Shown: piece after piece, positions 1-8,646 of the stretch
How the letters are laid out: every line of letters starts with the position of its first letter
How positions within the stretch are numbered: position 1 is the stretch's first letter
Virus genome (UHGV): UHGV-0323875
Strand: one strand, 5' to 3'
DNA: 33,005 nucleotides
Source of the DNA: a virus
Made by a program: the position numbers and the translations under genes
The notes under the pieces: model-generated
Database searches by the model: none
What the model was told of the DNA's origin: nothing
Seen by the model: the letters and a program-made list of their open reading frames with translations, nothing else

Positions 1-812
1 TAGCCATCAAGTTCAATTTCTGATATCTCACCTTCGATCAGCACGATTTTGGCTGTCTGATTACTGGATACCGTAGTAGATTTTGACTTGAGTGTCTTAC
101 GTCCTTTAATCAACCATGACCCGCCACCATCTTTGACCCAGTCAACAAGAGTCTCAGCCCAATGAGAACCTTTGAGTTTCAAATTGCCATCTTTGTTTTC
201 AAAAATAGTGGTCACAGTATTTGCATTGGTATCTTTTTCAAGCTTCCGTAAATCATTGGTTAACGCTTGCTTACTGCTTCCGAAGATATTCGGAGTAATC
301 AGCGTAAAGCTGACTTTGTCGATAAATTGAAGCCTATGGTATTCTGACCAAAAATCTTCCATTTCAAGACAAGGCTCTATAAATATTCTAAGTCCTAACT
401 GAGCCAAATAGTCGTTATTGGCTAGATCTTCAAACGCTTTAGCAACTTGTTGCGCATCCTTGAAAACAGCGGTTTTCCTCTCAACCAGTAACACCTGCTC
501 TACTTTGTCCCAAATCCATACGATAGGTGGATAGTTGTCTACATCGTACTCTCGAAAGTCTTTATCATGTCCTTTAATCTTTTGCAGCTTTGATATGACT
601 CCAGCCATAACACCATCAGTAGGTTTTATGCTCAATTTCAGGGTGTAACTAGTTTTCTTATGAACGGAAGGTGTTGATGACGTCATGTGTAAATTTTTTG
701 CAGCGATAACCATAGCATTTTCAAAATGAGAGATATCTTTCTGAACAGTTCCTTTCGAAAAGAGGTCTGGATCGCGCGGTCTCATTAACACACGTAAGGC
801 ATACAACTGCAT
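1..812 (-). CDS. Hypothetical protein, runs off the window (more than 270 aa); AT-rich; N-terminus MQLYALRVLMRPRDPDLFSK
   Basis: ATG at 812 (minus) preceded by AGGAG with a 7 nt spacer; the minus-strand frame stays open to position 1; GC content clearly lower than the prophage core; no family recognised by eye. Not in the ORF track because it is truncated by the window edge. Confidence 0.5.
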   Translation of the reverse strand, partial: MQLYALRVLMRPRDPDLFSKGTVQKDISHFENAMVIAAKNLHMTSSTPSVHKKTSYTLKLSIKPTDGVMAGVISKLQKIKGHDKDFREYDVDNYPPIVWIWDKVEQVLLVERKTAVFKDAQQVAKAFEDLANNDYLAQLGLRIFIEPCLEMEDFWSEYHRLQFIDKVSFTLITPNIFGSSKQALTNDLRKLEKDTNANTVTTIFENKDGNLKLKGSHWAETLVDWVKDGGGSWLIKGRKTLKSKSTTVSSNQTAKIVLIEGEISEIELDG

Positions 813-890
813 AAGAAAACTCCTGTAAACTATTTGGTTTCATTATTCCATAAAACCAAGCACTTTCAAGAGCTTAATTTTCTTTCAATT

Positions 891-906
891 CTGTATGCAT
901 ATACAG
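891..906. promoter_or_regulatory. Consensus LexA (SOS) box CTGTATGCATATACAG in the promoter region of the leftward gene 1..812
   Basis: Perfect CTGT-N8-ACAG palindrome with an AT-rich spacer, about 80 nt upstream of the minus-strand ATG at 812; overlaps TTTACA/TATATG and TTGAAA/ATAATG promoter-like hexamers on the minus strand. Confidence 0.55.
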
Positions 907-1515
907 TATCATTCAATTTTGTAAAATTCAAACCTTGATTTTTGCCCATTCCTTACCACGATCATCATGGTATTTAGCTGTCTGGTTAGGCGATTTATGT
1001 CCCAGAAGTTTTTGGGTGTCGACGCCCTGAGCTTCGTAAAGTCGCTCAGATAAAGATCTTTGTTCATGGAATGTGGCGGGCGAACCTTCACCCCAGTCAA
1101 TGCCTGCTAAATCCCTCGCTTTACTGAAATTCATCGTCAATGTATTGGCTTTTACTTGCGCGCCACGTTCAGCCTGTGAAGTAGTACGAAAAAAATGTAC
1201 AAGGTATGGGCTGACTGCATAGTCACGGCAGCGGGCTACTACATCGCGTAAACTCCAGTTAATTGCATTGAGGCGAAGGGAAAGCGGGATGGCGATTTTG
1301 CTCCCGGTTTTTTCTTGGATGACGTGAAGATGATCATCCCAAATATCGCTAAATTTCATACGTGAGATATCACCTAACCGTTGGCCGGTAACCAGTGCTA
1401 ACAGCATGGCATTCCCCATATAACGATGGCGGGCATCTGCGATATCAAAGATTTTTTGCCATTCTTCAAGACTTAACCGTTGTCGGGTAATTTTTCTTCT
1501 GGGTTGTTTGGTTGC

Positions 1516-1552
1516 CAGTGCTGGATTATAGCCCGGAGGTACTTCCCCATAG
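1516..1552. repeat. Left arm of a 37 bp inverted repeat (1 mismatch) bounding the inverted int segment
   Basis: The reverse complement of 1516..1552 equals 1843..1879 except for one A/C difference; encodes GEVPPGYNPA on the minus strand. Confidence 0.85.
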
Positions 1553-1842
1553 GACAGGATCGCAACCAGCAAAGGAAAAGCAATCACAACGTCAACCTGG
1601 TTAGATCGCTATCAAGCAATCCAGGATGACAGACTGGAAAGTGGCGATATAAAGCTAAACACCTATAAACAGAAAGCCAAACCAGTATCCTTGCTCAGGG
1701 AACGAGCAGGAATGAAATTAATTTCATCAGTTGATGTAAGGGATATAGCACAATTACTTGACGAGTATATCACTGCCGGGCAACCGAGGATGGCGCAAGT
1801 AGTCCGCTCCGTTCTAATTGATGTATTCAAGGAGGCACAACA

Positions 1843-1879
1843 CTATGGGGAAGTCCCTCCGGGCTATAATCCAGCACTG
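1843..1879. repeat. Right arm of the 37 bp inverted repeat in int
   Basis: CTATGGGGAAGTCCCTCCGGGCTATAATCCAGCACTG; encodes GEVPPGYNPA on the plus strand. Confidence 0.85.
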
Positions 1880-2054
1880 CCGGGTTCTTTGCTCAGCCAG
1901 GCGTGAATTTGCCTCAGTGGCAATAGCAATGGCTTCAGCTTCGTTTGTGCCTAAAGAATGAAACTTCCCGGTCACTGGATGTTTATATCGCCAATAGACT
2001 TTATTTACTTTTCTACTATAAAGCGGATACAAGTTCGGGACTGAAACATTATTT

Positions 2055-2300
2055 TTACGTGGTCTGGCTGCCATTACTTAAAATCCTTTGTAGAATAATA
2101 GAATCATTTTTCTTGATGACAGGAGTAACTAATTCCCCAACTAACTCTGCGTCCTCACGCACTCGCCATAGTCGACCTTGTTTCATTGCCGGTGGACAAA
2201 ATAAATTCTGCTTAGCATAACGACGCAATGTGGACACGCTTGGAGGATTACTTCTGTATTTTTCCGCAGCCCATTCCTCAAGTGTCAGCATTTGAAGCAT
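2055..2300 (-). CDS. xis: Excisionase (lambda Xis-like)
   Basis: LTLEEWAAEKYRSNPPSVSTLRRYAKQNLFCPPAMKQGRLWRV parallels the lambda Xis N-terminus; overlaps the int start as in lambda; start chosen at the internal ATG with a GAGG RBS (ORF track extends to 2315). Confidence 0.7.
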   Translation of the reverse strand: MLQMLTLEEWAAEKYRSNPPSVSTLRRYAKQNLFCPPAMKQGRLWRVREDAELVGELVTPVIKKNDSIILQRILSNGSQTT

Positions 2301-2343
2301 TTTTGATAACCTCATTTCTTTTGCTACAAAACTATTTCACTAG

Positions 2344-2892
2344 TTAATTTCGCTGTCTGGATTGTTTATGCATCTTATGCAGCTCTTTAAAGCGTTCCAT
2401 AAACATCCCGTAGGCATGGCCCGGTGCCAGTGGAATCACGTTGAACATCTCTGTTGCCGGGATGCCTTCCAGTACAGGCCAGAAAGAGCCATCATCAAGC
2501 CCGAGATCGCGGCGTTCGGTTGCCAGCATGATGAGATCGGCATATTTCACGGGCGTACTCATAACCGGGGGTAACCCGTATTTCTCACGGATTACGGCGT
2601 CTATTTTTTCTTCCATCTGTTTATAGTCAGGAAGAAGGCGTTTCAGTGGAGCGGGGATGTCCTGGCAATACACTTCTGTTGCATCATGCATTAACGCTTC
2701 AAAAGCAAATTCCTGCGGTACCAGTTGGCTGCAAAGAACCGCATGTTGGGCGACGCTGTAGAAGTGTGAAAGATGTCCTGCAAAGCGACAGATATTTGAA
2801 AGGGAAAACGCGATATCGTTAATAACGATATCGTCTTTATTTATCCTGTCATAATAAAAATGCTTCCCAGAAAAAGTTTTAATAAATGACAT
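2344..2892 (-). CDS. HD-domain phosphohydrolase (YfbR/YfdR-like 5'-deoxynucleotidase family)
   Basis: H..H and HD motifs (FAGHLSHFYSVAQHAV...ALMHDATEVYCQDIPAPLK) align with the YfbR HD domain; start MSFIKTF with a GGAGAA RBS. Confidence 0.6.
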   Translation of the reverse strand: MSFIKTFSGKHFYYDRINKDDIVINDIAFSLSNICRFAGHLSHFYSVAQHAVLCSQLVPQEFAFEALMHDATEVYCQDIPAPLKRLLPDYKQMEEKIDAVIREKYGLPPVMSTPVKYADLIMLATERRDLGLDDGSFWPVLEGIPATEMFNVIPLAPGHAYGMFMERFKELHKMHKQSRQRN

Positions 2893-3020
2893 TTTGTTCT
2901 CCACGTTATTTGCGCTGCACCGCACTGAATTCTGGTAAAAGGAAGCCCTCACCATCCGGCGATTATTGAGTTAATTACGTTTCCATAAATGCCCCCGCAG
3001 GGGCATTTGCAGTAATCAAA

Positions 3021-3845
3021 TCAGGCGGTGAAAGTACCAATAAAGGTTTCTACTTTGCTGTCTTTGAATTTCTCAACAAGCAGATCGCGAAATTCGTTAG
3101 CCATTTCTTCCTGCACCGCCTCCAGCTGAATAATGCGCAGAACAAGTACAGGACGATCGCCAGTGATAATGCTGAGGCGTAATTTAAAAGAACGTTCTTT
3201 CAGACCTTCAAACGGAACGCATTTAAATTCAAATGCCACTGGCATAATGTCTTTGGTCTTCGCTTCGACAGACTCCATCAGGGAGCGTTTGCCGCTGAAG
3301 TCATTGTCTTCAAAATCAGCAGTCTGGTTCGCTTCAATTGTGATTTTACGGATCGCCGCAGCCGCTTTGGTTGCCTGAATGGCGTCACCATTAGCATCAA
3401 AGCCCACAAGGTTGTCGGCCCAGTCTTCAATCCATTCTGCCAGTGATTTCTGGGAGTTACGCTCGCCGTGAACAGACAACAGAGCAGAGAACGGTGCTGT
3501 CTTTTTCAGTTTGAGAGTGGCGGTGTTATCTGCGTGGCCTGGTTCATCAATAGTACCCAGGTTAAGCACACTGACGGCACGCATATTATCAGCATCGATA
3601 AAGCAGCGGGTGCCTTCATCTGCAAGATCTTTAGAATAACGGGTAAAGTCATCAATGCTGGCAGTGGAAAGCGCACCACGGAAACGGAAGCGATTTAAAT
3701 TAAATTTTTCCAGGTCATGAATGCGGAAATTCTCAGGCAATGCCACAGCATCGGCACCAATCTTACTGATAATTTCATTAACACCCTGAGCAGAAATAAG
3801 GGCATGGATTTGATTAATTGCGGTTGCGTCTAAGTTCTGAGACAT
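3021..3845 (-). CDS. Hypothetical prophage protein, 274 aa (YfdQ/DUF2303-like)
   Basis: Long ORF with ordinary composition; size and position match the YfdQ family of KplE1-type prophages (from memory, not searched). Confidence 0.5.
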   Translation of the reverse strand: MSQNLDATAINQIHALISAQGVNEIISKIGADAVALPENFRIHDLEKFNLNRFRFRGALSTASIDDFTRYSKDLADEGTRCFIDADNMRAVSVLNLGTIDEPGHADNTATLKLKKTAPFSALLSVHGERNSQKSLAEWIEDWADNLVGFDANGDAIQATKAAAAIRKITIEANQTADFEDNDFSGKRSLMESVEAKTKDIMPVAFEFKCVPFEGLKERSFKLRLSIITGDRPVLVLRIIQLEAVQEEMANEFRDLLVEKFKDSKVETFIGTFTA

Positions 3846-3910
3846 AATAAGTCCTCACTATATAAAGATATTCAGTGATGAGATAAATAATCAGTTAATT
3901 AAAAACGATA

Positions 3911-4273
3911 TTAACGACCTGCTGCGCGGAGTTTTCCGTCAGGTTCACCGGCAAGAGTCAGTAACTGTCCCTGGTCTTCCTGCAGAATAGTCAGGCGACC
4001 ACCGCGATTGACATACATCGGCGTTTCGGTGGTGTCTTCTTCGGAAATTTTCCCGCGGTTAGTCGGGCGAACATATGAGAGTTTGTGTTTGATTTTCACA
4101 CGGTTCTCATCAAATGGTTCGATTTCCAGGTTGAGTGAGACCTTACCTTTGGTTTTCGTGTTCATCACACCGGAAGCGACTTCACTGAGAACTGCGCCGA
4201 TTTTGGTTTCAAATACGCCGCCGTCCAGCTCCCCGATAAATGCCTGCACATCAGTACTGCGTTCGCTAGCCAT
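3911..4273 (-). CDS. Hypothetical prophage protein, 120 aa (YfdP-like)
   Basis: Start MASERSTD preceded by a GAGGAG RBS; the upstream extension to 4591 in the ORF track is GC-rich non-coding-looking sequence. Confidence 0.5.
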   Translation of the reverse strand: MASERSTDVQAFIGELDGGVFETKIGAVLSEVASGVMNTKTKGKVSLNLEIEPFDENRVKIKHKLSYVRPTNRGKISEEDTTETPMYVNRGGRLTILQEDQGQLLTLAGEPDGKLRAAGR

Positions 4274-4710
4274 TTTGCTGCTCCTCATCATATCGACCCT
4301 GCAAGGCCGATTAGTTTCTCCACAAAACAGAGAAGAACACCTGCGGTGGCAGCCGCCCGGATGGATTGGGTTATGAGCCCGTCGTCCGGTGATGCTCTTC
4401 TCTGTTTTGTAAAAAGGACGGTACCAGCCGGAAGCAAGGGTACAAACTGGTACCGCCAGGACTACACACAGCATAAAGTTGTGGTGCCGGGTGCCTCCCG
4501 GTGCCTGGCGAAGGTTGCACACCAGACGGGTGGGTATCCACAGAAGGTCGACTGTCAGCCTCAACCTTAACCCGCGTGCGCTGAGCCGCATTCACCACAA
4601 CGCTAAGGATTCTCTCTGGTTGAAAATACTTAGCTGTTATGTGCCTGTCTTTTCACCACTTCAGGCTCGGTGGTATCCTTTTAAGCCCGTATACATAAAA
4701 GGAAAATCAA

Positions 4711-4860
4711 ATGACTTTTGATGAAAAAGAACTTGATAATGCAATTAATAAAATCATCGTAACGTCGCTCTTTTCCTGTCTCAGCGACACTCAGCAGAAA
4801 CAGTTCTACGAATCGGCTTTCAACATGATCGAGCGTTGTTGTTTCTGCGATGCCGACTAG
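4711..4860 (+). CDS. Small hypothetical protein, 49 aa
   Basis: ATG with an AAGGA RBS; MTFDEKELDNAINKII...; below the ORF-track size cut-off. Confidence 0.35.
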   Translation: MTFDEKELDNAINKIIVTSLFSCLSDTQQKQFYESAFNMIERCCFCDAD

Positions 4861-4873
4861 TTACCTGAAAAAA

Positions 4874-5149
4874 TCAGGAAACAGTTGGCTGATGCTCTTC
4901 GAGTGCGACTTTCTGACCAATTTTCTGAAATGTGCTCTCCGAATTTGGACAAATAGAAAAAGGCCATTTCCATTCAGGGTCTGATGGAAATACTTCAGCC
5001 TGTTCCAAAGCACGGCGTAAAGAGAACACAACTCCAGCCATAATCTGATGTTTCCCATTGGCCCAGCTATCGCCGCTCTGATCTACATGGGCGGCTATGT
5101 CGTATGACCAAACGACTTCACCACTATTGTTTAAAATCTGGACTTTCAT
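4874..5149 (-). CDS. Hypothetical protein, about 91 aa, first gene of the leftward operon downstream of cI
   Basis: ORF 4874..5170; an AGGTG RBS favours the internal start MKVQILNN. Confidence 0.4.
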   Translation of the reverse strand: MKVQILNNSGEVVWSYDIAAHVDQSGDSWANGKHQIMAGVVFSLRRALEQAEVFPSDPEWKWPFSICPNSESTFQKIGQKVALEEHQPTVS

Positions 5150-5275
5150 TTCATACACCTGCTTTAACATGAGTGCCTAGTGGCACAACATGACTCAACG
5201 AATCATCCTGGACTTCATATGCCCCAGGCGGCTACTTCGTGGGCGTCCTGCCTGTTCGTTATTTTTGATATAAAA

Positions 5276-5289
5276 TCTAACTTAACTTA
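5276..5289. promoter_or_regulatory. Putative repressor operator (OL-like), palindrome CTAACTTAACTTAG
   Basis: Same CTAA(G/C)-N4-CTTAG architecture as the two sites between cI and cro. Confidence 0.45.
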
Positions 5290-5355
5290 GTTATTATGGC
5301 AAGAGAAAACACCAAACTTTTCTTAGTTCGGTGCCTTAGTTAGAGAAGAGAGGTC

Positions 5356-5982
5356 TTAGAGTTCGTATTGAACTCCTTTGACTACACCAATGATAAGGCA
5401 ATTACCATTGATAGGGATGTTGGGATACCGAGGATTTAATGGCACTAAAAACTTTTGAGGGCCATCGATGACTAATTTTTTTACTGTAGCTTCGTTTGTT
5501 CCATCAAGTCGAGCGATGACTATTTTTCCATGACGAGGTTCTGCATCTGGATCTACAATCACTGTTGCGCCTTCTGGTATTGTTGGGAGGCCATTAGGGT
5601 TAGTCATGGAGTCACCTTTAACCTCTAATGCAAATGAGTTATCACCAATCTTTAATGATGTATCTACCCACTTGTCCACTTCACTAAACACTTCTGCTGC
5701 CCTGCACTCAGTAAACTGCCCAGCCTGAACCCACGATATTACAGGAACTCTGCGCATGTTTGTGACGAGTTTGCCTTCAAACTCAGCACCATAAAGAATG
5801 TAATCTATTGACGTATTGAAGAACTTCGCTAATTTCGAAAGTGCCTCCCCACCAGGGGTATTGATGTCTTTCTCCCAGTACCCCACAGCAACGTCGCTTA
5901 CTCCACAAAATTTACCCAATTCTTTCTGGGACGTTCCGGTAACTCTTCTCAGAGCTTTTATACGCTGACCAACCGTTTCCAT
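5356..5982 (-). CDS. cI: CI-type prophage repressor (N-terminal HTH, C-terminal S24 LexA-like peptidase domain)
   Basis: HTH segment TSQKELGKFCGVSDVAVGYWE; C-terminal GDSM...G.TV.VD...G.IV.AR motifs typical of S24 autocleaving repressors; divergent to cro. Confidence 0.9.
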   Translation of the reverse strand: METVGQRIKALRRVTGTSQKELGKFCGVSDVAVGYWEKDINTPGGEALSKLAKFFNTSIDYILYGAEFEGKLVTNMRRVPVISWVQAGQFTECRAAEVFSEVDKWVDTSLKIGDNSFALEVKGDSMTNPNGLPTIPEGATVIVDPDAEPRHGKIVIARLDGTNEATVKKLVIDGPQKFLVPLNPRYPNIPINGNCLIIGVVKGVQYEL

Positions 5983-6004
5983 AGGAGCACCATTTCTTGA
6001 ATTG

Positions 6005-6067
6005 CTAAGTAATCTTAGTTTTTATTGACCAAAGATAGATTTGTAATTAGCATCTAATAAAACTTAG
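6005..6067. promoter_or_regulatory. OR-like region: two 14 bp palindromic operators (6005..6018 CTAAGTAATCTTAG; 6054..6067 CTAATAAAACTTAG) with a TTGACC -35-like hexamer for rightward transcription
   Basis: Repeated inverted half-sites CTAAG/CTTAG in the cI-cro intergenic region; the site at 6054 sits just upstream of the cro RBS. Confidence 0.5.
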
Positions 6068-6079
6068 TTTGGAGGGCGT

Positions 6080-6280
6080 ATGACAACTGACGATATCGAA
6101 AGCTACTTCGGCAGTATTGAGAAAGTTGCTGCTTTTTTCGGCATAACAACTGAAGCCGTTTATCAGTGGCGAAACCGTCCGGGCCAGTTAATTCCAAAAG
6201 GACGTGCAGCAGAAGCTGCATATAGAACTTGCGGACGGTTGCCATTTAAACCTGAGCTTTATGAAAAATCTAATGGATAA
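6080..6280 (+). CDS. cro: Cro-like HTH regulator (YdaS/Cro family)
   Basis: 66 aa; GGAGGG RBS; ITTEAVYQWRNRPGQLIP is a Cro/YdaS-like HTH; divergent from cI. Confidence 0.75.
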   Translation: MTTDDIESYFGSIEKVAAFFGITTEAVYQWRNRPGQLIPKGRAAEAAYRTCGRLPFKPELYEKSNG

Positions 6281-6869
6281 ATCGATTAACAGAAACCACA
6301 GAACGATGAGGCTAACCGTGGGTAAGCATCACTGGAAAGTAGAAAAACAGCCTGAGTGGTACGTGAAAGCTGTCAGAAAAACTATCGCAGCGTTGCCGGG
6401 TGGTTACGCTGAAGCAGCTGACTGGCTGGATGTAACAGAAAACGCATTATTTAACCGCCTTCGTGCCGATGGCGATCAGATTTTCCCGCTGGGATGGGCA
6501 ATGATTTTGCAACGTGCTGGTGGAACTCACTTCATTGCTGACGCTGTGGCGCAGTCTGCAAATGGCGTCTTTGTGTCTCTTCCTGACGTCGAGGATGTGG
6601 ACAACGCCGATATTAACCAGCGCCTGCTGGAAGTCATTGAACAGATTGGCAGTTATTCCAGACAGATTCGTTCGGCAATCGAAGACGGTGTGGTGGAACC
6701 GCATGAGAAGACAGCAATTAACGACGAGCTGTATCTCTCAATTTCGAAGCTGCAGGAGCATGCAGCACTGGTCTACAAAATCTTTTGCATTTCAGAAAGT
6801 AATGACGCCCGCGAGTGTGCAGCTCCGGGCGCCGTGGCGTGTCGTGACTGTGGAGAAACTAACGCATGA
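6261..6869 (+). CDS. CII-like regulatory protein (putative)
   Basis: Position immediately after cro; about 200 aa; start ambiguous (ATG at 6261 or 6273, ORF track 6204). Confidence 0.45.
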   Translation: MKNLMDKSINRNHRTMRLTVGKHHWKVEKQPEWYVKAVRKTIAALPGGYAEAADWLDVTENALFNRLRADGDQIFPLGWAMILQRAGGTHFIADAVAQSANGVFVSLPDVEDVDNADINQRLLEVIEQIGSYSRQIRSAIEDGVVEPHEKTAINDELYLSISKLQEHAALVYKIFCISESNDARECAAPGAVACRDCGETNA

Positions 6870-7204
6870 ACAGTTTAACAACACACTACCGTCGCTCGCA
6901 ACTGATTGCGCTTCCTGTACCGGGTGGAAAAGCGAAGGTGGAGTATTGCTATGCAGTTAATGTACCAGGTGACAGGGAAATTGTAACCCACAGCTTTGCT
7001 GAGTGGGCTGTGGGTGATTTCAACCGGCAGAAGGAGACAGTCCTTTGCGACAAGTTAACCGCTGGTTCAAAGATCACTACGGAGTGCCCGTCAGAGTCAT
7101 TCGTTGGGAGCCGGAAACACAACGAGTTATCTACCTCCGCGAAGGCTATGAGCATGAGTGCTTCAGCCCGCTCGAACAGTTTCGTCGTAAATTCAGGGAA
7201 ATAG
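6866..7204 (+). CDS. Hypothetical protein; only the first ~60 codons look protein-like and a second frame (7045..7224, AAGGAG + TTG) looks more coding downstream
   Basis: Frame-2 [13 protein letters not shown]...; frame-1 ORF encodes [54 protein letters not shown]; possible frameshift or two overlapping small genes. Confidence 0.35.
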   Translation: MNSLTTHYRRSQLIALPVPGGKAKVEYCYAVNVPGDREIVTHSFAEWAVGDFNRQKETVLCDKLTAGSKITTECPSESFVGSRKHNELSTSAKAMSMSASARSNSFVVNSGK

Positions 7205-7213
7205 AGGTCGGTC

Positions 7214-8155
7214 ATGAGCACTAAATTAACCGGCTATGTATGGGATGGTTGCGCTGCATCAGGCATGAAATTATCCAGCGTGGCAATTATGGCCCGCCTG
7301 GCTGATTTCAGTAATGACGAAGGTGTGTGCTGGCCATCAATTGAAACTATTGCCCGTCAGATTGGCGCGGGGATGAGTACCGTCAGGACGGCTATCGCAC
7401 GGCTGGAAGCAGAAGGCTGGTTAACGCGTAAGGCGCGTCGCCAGGGTAACCGCAATGCGTCGAATGTTTATCAGCTTAACGTTGCGAAGCTTCAGGCAGC
7501 GGCATTTTCTCAACTGTCAGATTCTGACCCGTCAAAATCTGACGCATCAAAATCTGACCCGTCAAAATTTGATGCGTCGAAATCTGGCAAAAAAGCGGGT
7601 TTTCACCCGTCAGAATCTGGCGGGGATCCGTCAGTAAAATCAAAACATGATCCGTCAGATAAAAAACCTTCTCGTCCGGACGCTTCGCAACCGGACACGC
7701 AGACGGATGAACAGGATTTTTTAACTCGCCATCCTGATGCGGTTGTATTCAGCCCTAAAAAGCGCCAGTGGGGAACGCAGGATGATTTGACCTGCGCACA
7801 GTGGCTCTGGAAAAAAATCATCGCCCTGTACGAGCAAGCCGCCGAATGTGACGGCGAGGTGGTTCGTCCCAAAGAACCGAACTGGACAGCCTGGGCAAAC
7901 GAAATTCGCCTGATGTGTGTGCAGGATGGTCGTACTCACAAACAAATCTGCGAGATGTACAGCCGCGTCAGCCGCGATCCGTTCTGGTGCCGTAACGTGC
8001 TCAGCCCGTCGAAGTTGCGGGAAAAATGGGATGAGCTTTCCCTGCGCTTATCGCCGTCCGTCAGCACGCACACAGAAAAACGCGAAGACCCGTACTTCAA
8101 AGCCAGTTACGACAATGTGGACTACAGCCAGATCCCGGCGGGATTCAGGGGGTGA
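7214..8155 (+). CDS. Replication initiation protein (lambda O-like, N-terminal winged HTH)
   Basis: Position after cro/cII; N-terminal HTH; internal low-complexity linker (DPSKSDASKSDPSKFDASKS) encoded by iteron-like repeats, as in lambda O. Confidence 0.7.
   Translation: MSTKLTGYVWDGCAASGMKLSSVAIMARLADFSNDEGVCWPSIETIARQIGAGMSTVRTAIARLEAEGWLTRKARRQGNRNASNVYQLNVAKLQAAAFSQLSDSDPSKSDASKSDPSKFDASKSGKKAGFHPSESGGDPSVKSKHDPSDKKPSRPDASQPDTQTDEQDFLTRHPDAVVFSPKKRQWGTQDDLTCAQWLWKKIIALYEQAAECDGEVVRPKEPNWTAWANEIRLMCVQDGRTHKQICEMYSRVSRDPFWCRNVLSPSKLREKWDELSLRLSPSVSTHTEKREDPYFKASYDNVDYSQIPAGFRG
7513..7660. repeat. Iteron-like ~15 bp tandem repeats (CCGTCAAAATCTGAC variants) inside the O-like gene, followed by an A-rich stretch: putative phage replication origin
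   Basis: At least 5 tandem or near-tandem copies, plus further CCGTCAG motifs. Confidence 0.6.
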
Positions 8156-8646
8156 TCATGAGTCTTTTGAATGACGTTCAGAAATTCATTGAAGCCCATC
8201 CGGGCTGTTCTTCCGGAGACATTGCGGATGCTTTTGCAGGTTACTCACGGCTGCGCGTTCTGCAGTCAGCAAGCAAGTTACGTCAGAGTGGGCGTGTGGC
8301 TCACCGTTGTGAAGGAGATACACGCAGACATTTCCCGCGCCTGACTGAGAGAGCGCAGGAGCCGGAACCACAACCAGTTCGTGAAACCAGACCTGTGCGC
8401 AATTTCTATGTCGGCACTAACGATCCCCGGGTGATTTTGTGCCTGACCCGCCAGGCTGAAGAACTGGAGTCCAGGGGCTTATACCGTCGTGCTGCAACGG
8501 TGTGGATGGCGGCATTCCGTGAAAGCCACTCCCAGCCAGAACGAAACAATTTTCTGGCGCGTCGTGAGCAGTGCTTACAGAAAAGCAGCAAGCGCGCTGC
8601 ATCGGGTGAAGAGTGGTATCTGTCAGGGAATTACGTGGGGGCGTAA
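8152..8646 (+). CDS. Hypothetical protein, 164 aa (possible PerC/YfdN-like regulator)
   Basis: Start and stop overlap the neighbouring genes; C-terminal LYRRAATVWMAAFRES segment resembles PerC/ANR-type helices (weak, from memory). Confidence 0.45.
   Translation: MIMSLLNDVQKFIEAHPGCSSGDIADAFAGYSRLRVLQSASKLRQSGRVAHRCEGDTRRHFPRLTERAQEPEPQPVRETRPVRNFYVGTNDPRVILCLTRQAEELESRGLYRRAATVWMAAFRESHSQPERNNFLARREQCLQKSSKRAASGEEWYLSGNYVGA

Larger units (their letters stand above)
928..2074 (-). pseudogene. int: Lambda-family tyrosine integrase, disrupted: N-terminal part (2074..1880, minus), internal part inverted onto the plus strand (1553..1842), C-terminal catalytic part (1515..928, minus)
   Basis: N-terminal ORF MAARPRKNNVSVPNLYPLY...RLAEQ resembles the lambda Int N-terminus; the plus-strand piece encodes TWLDRYQAI...IDVFKEAQHYGEVPPGYNPA; the C-terminal ORF carries HEQRSLSERLYEAQG...LLGHKS...YHDDRGKEWAKI, matching the lambda Int catalytic tail. 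The pieces lie on opposite strands and the N-terminal junction is out of frame. Confidence 0.8.

Noticed and set aside
813-927. attL core at the left prophage boundary
   Set aside because: The matching attR lies outside the window and no tRNA fragment is present, so the boundary cannot be placed from this sequence.
3911-4591. Long 226 aa minus-strand ORF from the six-frame track
   Set aside because: Only the last 120 codons (from MASERSTD, with a GAGGAG RBS) look protein-like; the upstream extension runs through GC-rich structured sequence with implausible composition.
4274-4710. Retron ncRNA, tRNA, tmRNA or RNase P identity for the structured non-coding stretch
   Set aside because: No reverse transcriptase gene nearby, no tRNA-like T-arm or acceptor features, and no resemblance to tmRNA or RNase P RNA as recalled.
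7455-7637. ORF encoding a repetitive QNLT peptide
   Set aside because: Out-of-frame shadow of the iteron repeats inside the O-like gene.
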